From positions 84,568,001-84,632,000 of the forward strand of contig OZ024740.1 in the NCBI GenBank assembly GCA_964016885.1: DNA of 64,000 nt, given 5' to 3'. A program made the translations under genes and the position numbers. Source of the DNA: Eledone cirrhosa (taxonomy: Eukaryota). The first letter of the stretch is position 1. Every line of letters begins with the position of its first letter. Below, one piece after another: positions 57,338-64,000 of this stretch. The notes beneath the pieces were generated by a model that did no database searches, had not been told where the DNA came from, and saw only the letters and a list, made by a program, of their open reading frames with translations.

Positions 57338-57959
57338 AGAATCCAGCTTCTATAGTTCTCGTCAGAAGCGAAAGGGGTGAGTAGTCTTGATAAACGCTAA
57401 TGAGTGAAAAACAGGACTGTCGATTACTCTCCTTTGCTTTTGCCGAGAACAAGTAAGTGACATAGTCACTACTTTAAAATTCATAGCGAATGGTCTTCAA
57501 AATGTTTTTAATTAAACATATAGTATATTGCCAAATATACTATACATACATTCATGTATACATTCATGTATACACCTCATATATATATATATGTTTGTGT
57601 GTGTGTGTTGGTGTGTGTGTGCGTGTGCGTGTGCGTGTGTGTATGTGTGCATGTATGTATGTATTTATATATAAATATATAGTGAGAATGAGAGAAGTGT
57701 GCACAAGATTCAATATCTCCTTGCATCTATATTTGTACAGCGTAAAATCACATGAGAGCTTTTAGTGTTCCTCTATGGGAAGAATGACAACACAGTTAAA
57801 CCACAATAACTATGCTAATATACAATAGGATATACCAATATAAAACCATGTGATCTGATATGACCAATGAAAATAGGCCATTGAACAAAATTATTTCCAT
57901 TTTTGCCTCTGAACTGAATCACCAGCTTAGTTCAAATAAATAAATAACATAACAGACGG

Positions 57960-58208
57960 CTGATTGCTATGAGCTCTTAAATGACTAACAAGACCGGCAC
58001 GAGAAAATCAACCTTTCCGCAGATGTTACAGACATACTCCGACTGGATATTTTCCGAGTCTGAGTCTACATCACCTTTCCGAATGCTTTTTACCTCAAAA
58101 CTATCGCAATCATCATAAACCAGATTTCTCCAGCCAGATAGAATCTCTGCCACGTCTTTCCAATCCTCAACACTAATACCAAGTGTCTTCAGTTTGCCTT
58201 TGACAATG
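57960..58208 (-). mobile_element. RTE/BovB-like LINE C-terminal fragment with a C2H2-like zinc finger
   Basis: Manual translation with one frameshift gives KGKLKTLGISVEDWKDVA...WRNLV...FE...YVCNICGK...SRAGLVSHLRAH. It is not in the supplied ORF track. Confidence 0.65.
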
Positions 58209-58220
58209 TATATAAATATA

Positions 58221-58262
<42 letters not shown>

Positions 58263-58388
58263 AAGTTTTATTTAAATTGTTGGGTTACAACGAGTAAATA
58301 TTTATAACTGATATAAAAGCACTCAACAAGTATTTGGAGTATATTTACGATATTAAATAAATGGAAACTATATTTATAAAACCATATT

Positions 58389-58454
58389 TATTTCATTATA
58401 TATATTTCAGGGATATCATATTAAAAATATGGTATGCCTTCTTCAGACAAAATA
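58389..58454 (-). ncRNA. Minimal type I hammerhead ribozyme in the PLE repeat
   Basis: Minus strand reads TATTTTGT CTGAAGA (stem II) GAAA TATATA TA ATGAAATA. Homologous to 20023-20088. Confidence 0.68.
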
Positions 58455-58710
58455 CAATATAAACAGTCTTATAAATAGATAGATTTGACATACCTTTTAA
58501 CTTCAACTTCCATTTAAAAAGTTGATTTGGTAGTGAAAAATGTTAGGGACAGTTATAAAAAGAAAGAAAGAAAAAAGCGAAGAAAAAGAAGAAATGCATG
58601 CAACTAAATAGAGAGAGATAGATATAGAGAGATAGATAGAGAGAAGAAATTCATGTAAAGAAACAGAGAGAGATATATAGAGAGAGGAAAAAATACAGAG
58701 GGAGATAGAT

Positions 58711-58742
<32 letters not shown>

Positions 58743-59103
58743 AAAAATAGAGAGAGATAGATATAGATAGAGATAGAGAGAAAGAAAATAGGTAGTTGGG
58801 CACCAGTTGAATGACGTATCAATGATATATTTATTTATTTATTTATTTATTTAGTTCTAGTATTAAGGTAGAGAGAGATATATGTGGTTAGGAGAGAAAA
58901 CAGCCGTTACATAGAGAGAAAAGAAAAATATCCAGACATAAACGAGGCAGATTTAAAACATTATGTTTCATCAATGTAAAAATATCAATTCGTATGAATT
59001 AGGTATTATAATGTAAATATCAGTATTCATGAATGAGACACGTATCAATAATGTGTGAAAAATAATGATCATATGTCTAGTTTAAAATTCCTAGGTTTAT
59101 ATC

Positions 59104-59184
59104 AGAGTTGAGATAAAAACTGAGATAAAAAACTGAGATAAAAAACTGAGATAAAAAACTGAGATAAAAAACTGAGATAAAAAA
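59104..59184. repeat. 13-bp minisatellite (GAGATAAAAAACT) x about 6
   Basis: Read directly from the sequence. Confidence 0.9.
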
Positions 59185-62089
59185 CTTCAAAAAAAAAAAA
59201 AAAATTGAAATACATAAGTATATATGCACTTTCATGAAAAAAGAAAAGAAAAAGAAAATAGAAGGTTATCCCAGATTCGATACTATAGACTTCCATGTGA
59301 ATTTACGTGATCAACTCTGCAAATTCCTATTTCACATGAAAACATTCTCATTGTGCTATAAAAATTCTAGTATACATATATGTGTACATACACACAAATA
59401 TATATAGAGTCTACATTAATTTTAACAATACTATTCTTGTCTTTACTCTACATGATTATCGTTCAAGCATAAATAGAGAACAGATATCAATATATCAATA
59501 AAAATATCAAAAAATTAAAAAATATTAAAAATAAAACACAGTATGCCCCGCAAATCAACCACAGAGATCAACCCTTCAAAGTTAATTGACAATATATTGC
59601 CAAGTTCGTTATAAGCATCAGAATCAAAAGCAAACAAAACCAAAATTATTTACCAAATCCTGTCTAGCAGAAATCATTCCAAAAGTTTAGGATACCCATT
59701 TGATCTACAGATGGTCTTATATTTAATATAGAAGTTTAGCTAGTGTAAAATTTATTCGATATATTTGGAGCTTCAGCTTTTAGGGTAGTTTAATTATTCA
59801 TGAAGAATGTTTAAAAAAAAAAGAAATCGAAAGATTTATCGGCGAGTTTCATAAATAATTATAAATCAAAGTAAATATACTACATTTTAAATTTATATTT
59901 ATATTTAAAAGTTGAGTTCAATCTATGTCTGCAGCAACTGAATAAATTTGTCCGTAAATTAAGGGAATTTTTAGATTTTAGTATAAAGAATATCTCCTCC
60001 GCGCAGAGGTCACATGTCTCAGAGGATGAATTAAAAGGAATCCCTCTTGAGACTATATTCCAAGCCGTCGAATATCCAACGTTATCATGCTTAAGTTGCC
60101 AGAGTAAGCCTGATAGTGATGTTGAAGATTTTTTGCTTGGATCTGTGAAAGAATTCTTGTGGTTATTATAGCGAAGTTTAAATTCTGTCGAGGTGGAACC
60201 AACATAGTTAAAAGAATTTAAGTCCGTTTTAACATTACAGTTGTATATTATATTTTTAACTAAGCAATTGTTATTTAACGGAGATTTAGATCTATCTCTA
60301 CAGTTACATTTGTTTACTTGGATATTATTTATGCTATTATCGGTATTTTGGCTAGGTTTTAAATTCCTATTATTTATTCTATTAATATTTTGTGCTAAAT
60401 TTTTGGTGGATGAGTAAGTTAATTTTATAGTATGTCTATTGAAAATTGAGTGATACCTATGTGTTCTAGGGAAGCGATTATCAAGAGCATTAAAAAATAG
60501 TTTAGCGATGTGGGTTTTAATGTTTAGTGAGAAAGGGGGGGGCAAACCATATTATATTCCTAGTTCTATTTCTTTTTTGGCTTTTGGAATTATTGTAATG
60601 CTTTCTATTATAGTTAAAGTTGTTGCCGTAATTAAAATTGTTGTTATTTTGGTTAGTTTGTCTATTATTATCTATGTACATAATTTTATCACTATATCCT
60701 GCTCTAGCTAACGCTTCATTGTAATACTGGGCTTTTTCGTCGAAAATCTTTTTATTAGATGAGATTCTAGAGATACGTTTTTGAACAGAGTTTACTATAG
60801 TATTTTTAACAGATCTGGGGTGGTTAGAGTTAAAACTGACATAGTTTAAGTTTTCATTCAACTTGTGAAATGGATAGTGAAGACATGTGTTGAGATTTAA
60901 TGTTACATCTAGGAAATTGACTATTCTATGGTTATTCTCAATTTCTATTTTTAGATTAAAGTAATTAAAAAATTGTGTAATTTGTTTTCTTTTTCTATTT
61001 AGTTCAGAGTTATTATTTTCAATAAGTAAAAGCATGTCATCTCTATATAAACCTCCGGTAGCACCGGGTATTTTCCTATGCAGCGAATTGATTATAAATA
61101 GGCCCACAAGGTCAGTTACCTGAGCTGAGTCGGATGATCCCATAGTAATGTCGAAATTGTTATCTCTATCTGCTCTGGTCCATAGTTGGTCATTAAATTC
61201 TATCAATGTTTTCCTAGCCGATAATATAATGTGCATTTCATTGCTAGTTAGGTCTGTATGTTTGAATGCGTAATTTAGTGCCTTATTTAGTAGATTAGGG
61301 GTAATAGATGAATAATAGTTAGCAATATCTAGTTGAATAAATTTATTATTATTGTTATATTTAATTTCTTTAAACCACTCAATAACCTCTCCAGTTCCCT
61401 TCCACAAGCTCAAGTTAGGTAAACAATTCAAGTTTTTAATTTGCTGTATCACCCTGTCTAGAATGTTTTTGCTTAGTTTACCCAGGTCAGATTTTGATGG
61501 TGCCATCAATCTGACTGGCAGGTCATTTTCAAAATTTCTTTTGTGATCTTTCATATTGATCTTCGGTTTCCTGGGCACGAAAGGTTGTGTTCTGTTCTCA
61601 ATTTCCAACTCATGCATTATACAAGATTCCTCAACATTCATTTTCTCAAGCTCGGCCTTATCTGCTACCTTGTACTTTTTCCTCAGTTCTTTCAGTATGA
61701 GGCCATTATACATGTCTTTTTGCACTCTATAGAGGTTGTTGGTCTTGTCAGATTTCACCAAGATCTTCTCAGTTTTCTCTAAGCTCTCAATATTATCCTT
61801 AATGCCTTTCAGATATTCCTGGCCTTTGAAGTTTCTCTTGAATTGGACTCCTTGTATGATAGAAATTATATCGTTTTCAAAGTCAAATAAAAGTTTGTTG
61901 GGGGGTGGATTTTTTTTAGATTTGAAAACTTTGTCTAAGTCCGAGACATTTTCATTTATATTAGATTTATCAAAGTGGAATGCCCGCCACCTGATTCTCC
62001 TTATAAAAGAGTCCGATTTATCTATTAATTGTTTAATAAAGTCTTTGTTTCTAGGTAGAGGTATGTCTTTTAAATGTCTTTTAATATCG

Positions 62090-62150
<61 letters not shown>

Positions 62151-62209
62151 GTGTGTGTGTGCATACATACACATACACATACAGACACACGCGCGCGCAC
62201 ACACTCACT

Positions 62210-62264
<55 letters not shown>

Positions 62265-62601
62265 GGAAAAAATGAAACGAAATTTGATTTCCCACTCTTA
62301 GTACGGCTGTTACTTAAATACAAGTATGTACACGTACATACATATATGTATACAGACGTACAGTAGTATGTATATATACATACATGCACACATACATATA
62401 TATGCACGTATGGGTTCACCGAACATTTATTATAATGCTCGGTGTGTTTGTAAACAAACATCCCGTATTAAGCCGTAGTGTCTAGCAACCATCGTTGCTC
62501 GTTTGTTCAACACTGACAAAGGAACGCTGTACTAGTTATATATATATATATATATATATATGGAGGAAGTTATAGTTCACTTGAAGCATTGTGTAATGAG
62601 G

Positions 62602-63043
62602 TATAAACGTTTGTATATGTATAATAAAGCCAAAACAATGCAGGTATGGACATAGAATAAAGAATGCAAATGCAAAAGATATTGTTGACAATTAGTCTTT
62701 TACCTTAGATTTATTTAAGTGTCCTTAATTTTCGAGATAATATCTCTTTTTCGGAGGGAAGTAAAGCGGTTAAACCAGTGTTCTAAATATCTTGCCAAGT
62801 CATGCTGACAGGAAATGGTATAGAGTCTCTATGCCATTTCCTGTCAGCATGACTTGGAAAGCTATTTAGAACACTGGTTTAACCGCTTTACTTCCCTCCG
62901 AAGAAGAGATATTATCTCGAAAATTAAGGACACTTAAATAAATCTAAGGTAAAAGACTAATTGTCAACAATATCTTTTGCATTTGCATTCTTTATTCTAT
63001 GTCCATACCTGTATTTTTTTGGCTTTATTATACATATACAAAC

Positions 63044-63050
<7 letters not shown>
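62602..63050. repeat. Near-perfect spacerless palindrome, arms about 225 bp
   Basis: Centred at about 62826 (GGTATAGAG T CTCTATGCC). The arms match with few mismatches. Confidence 0.93.
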
Positions 63051-63117
<67 letters not shown>

Positions 63118-63209
63118 ATAATAATAATAAATTTGAAGACTAAAATCCAAAGAGGGCTCGATAAGGATATATGTTTATCAGATTGTTTTAATAAATATAT
63201 ATAAATATA

Positions 63210-63285
63210 TATATACAATATATTAACAAATGGAAACTATATTTATAAAACCATATTTATTTCATTATACATATTTCAAGGGCCA
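63210..63285 (-). mobile_element. Fragment of the hammerhead-bearing PLE repeat (3' half of the ribozyme only)
   Basis: Near-identical to 58345-58412 and to the reverse complement of 20061-20133. Confidence 0.7.
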
Positions 63286-63289
63286 TATA

Positions 63290-64000
63290 TATATATATAT
63301 ATATAAAATTGTAGTTCCTTTCTGTTTGTTTGTTCACGAACTCCTCCTATGGTTTTTGAGCAAGACCCCCATAACCATATATATTCTGAAACTACATTAC
63401 CCAGGGTACTTGAATAAATATATTTCATTTTAATCAAAGGGTTCCCCGGGGGGCACAAATCCCCGCTGAAAATGTTTTCACTTCGATTTATATGAAATTT
63501 AAACCATAGGTAAATGACAAGATATGATGCGTATTCACAAAATTTCAGCAAATTTCAATAATATTAAGACACCCTAATAGGGGTTAAACCCACTATAGTG
63601 AAAATTTTGGAAGCCCATAACTTGAGTATTGGAACCTCTATTATCACGAGGTTTTTCTATTAATTAAACGTAAATCAACAAAAAAATCACTTCTCTTTTA
63701 TAGTAAAATTTGGCTAATTCAGACATTTTTTTCAGACATCCCTTATGCCACGGAAAAGAAAATCCAGTTAAGCAAATAATCCACATGCAAAAATGATGAG
63801 GCTTCGTCGTCAATCTGAAAGCTGTGATGCAAGGGAAGAACGACTTTCTAGCCAAAGACAGAGGCAAACAGAGTCTCGGAAAAATGAAACCTTTGGTGAG
63901 CATCAAGAAAGACAGATAGATTTCGCCTTATAGTTGCAAGAAGAAATGACTCTGAAGAAGAAAGACAACAGCGTTTAATTTCTGATGTGTGAAACGCAGC
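63290..64000 (+). mobile_element. Probable Helitron 5' end with a degenerate RepHel N-terminus, running off the window end
   Basis: (TA)nAAATTGTAG...(TGTT)n 5'-type end. From ATG 63745 it reads MPRKRKSS*...RLRRQSESCDAREERLSSQRQRQTESRKNET, repeats like those in the Helitron at 27200-27400. Confidence 0.6.

Larger units (their letters stand above)
58260..62090 (-). mobile_element. Penelope-like element (most like the Naiad clade): RT plus GIY-YIG and a probable 3' pLTR
   Basis: ORF 60517-62208 has LKDIPLP, RRIRWRA, KSDKT, ITMGS and GLYRDD. ORF 59880-60545 has CNC, IIY...YVGST, FKLRYNNH, CDLC and CRH. A frameshift lies at about 60535, and a hammerhead repeat at 58260-58510 is on the same strand. 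Confidence 0.85.

Noticed and set aside
50700-57950. Host exons in the unique AT-rich region
   Set aside because: Only short ORFs without recognisable motifs are present. Small exons cannot be excluded without transcript data.
59780-60310. Selenocysteine recoding or a SECIS element, as reported for some Naiad elements
   Set aside because: There is no in-frame TGA at the cysteine positions in this copy, and the ATGA...AAA...TGA stretch downstream of the stop does not form a convincing helix.

Overview
AT-rich eukaryotic repeat DNA with no recognisable host gene. It is most likely from a coleoid cephalopod such as Octopus, an inference from the tRNA-derived SINEs and microsatellite density. 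Bases 1-50700 are a dense pile of decayed transposable elements. These comprise seven copies or fragments of a Tx1-clade (L1 superfamily) LINE group in three subfamilies, four R4/Dong-type RLE retrotransposon pieces, a CRE-clade fragment and RTE-clade fragments. There is also a near-intact autonomous Helitron with an N-terminal Ulp1/C48 protease-like domain and several non-autonomous Helitron termini. Bases 50700-58000 are mostly unique AT-rich DNA with SINEs and inverted repeats. Bases 58260-62090 hold a Penelope-like (Naiad-type) element with hammerhead-ribozyme repeats, and another Helitron starts at about 63290. The main system: every intact Tx1 5' end follows (ATT)n and every 3' end runs into (ATT)n, giving head-to-tail trains. 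The Tx1 3' ends and one SINE family share a terminal stem-loop with a conserved CUUGU loop and co-varying stems, and Dong elements occupy the same microsatellite on the opposite strand. This points to an (ATT)n-targeting LINE with a 3'-structure-recognising SINE partner. No database searches were run and family assignments rest on motif recognition.
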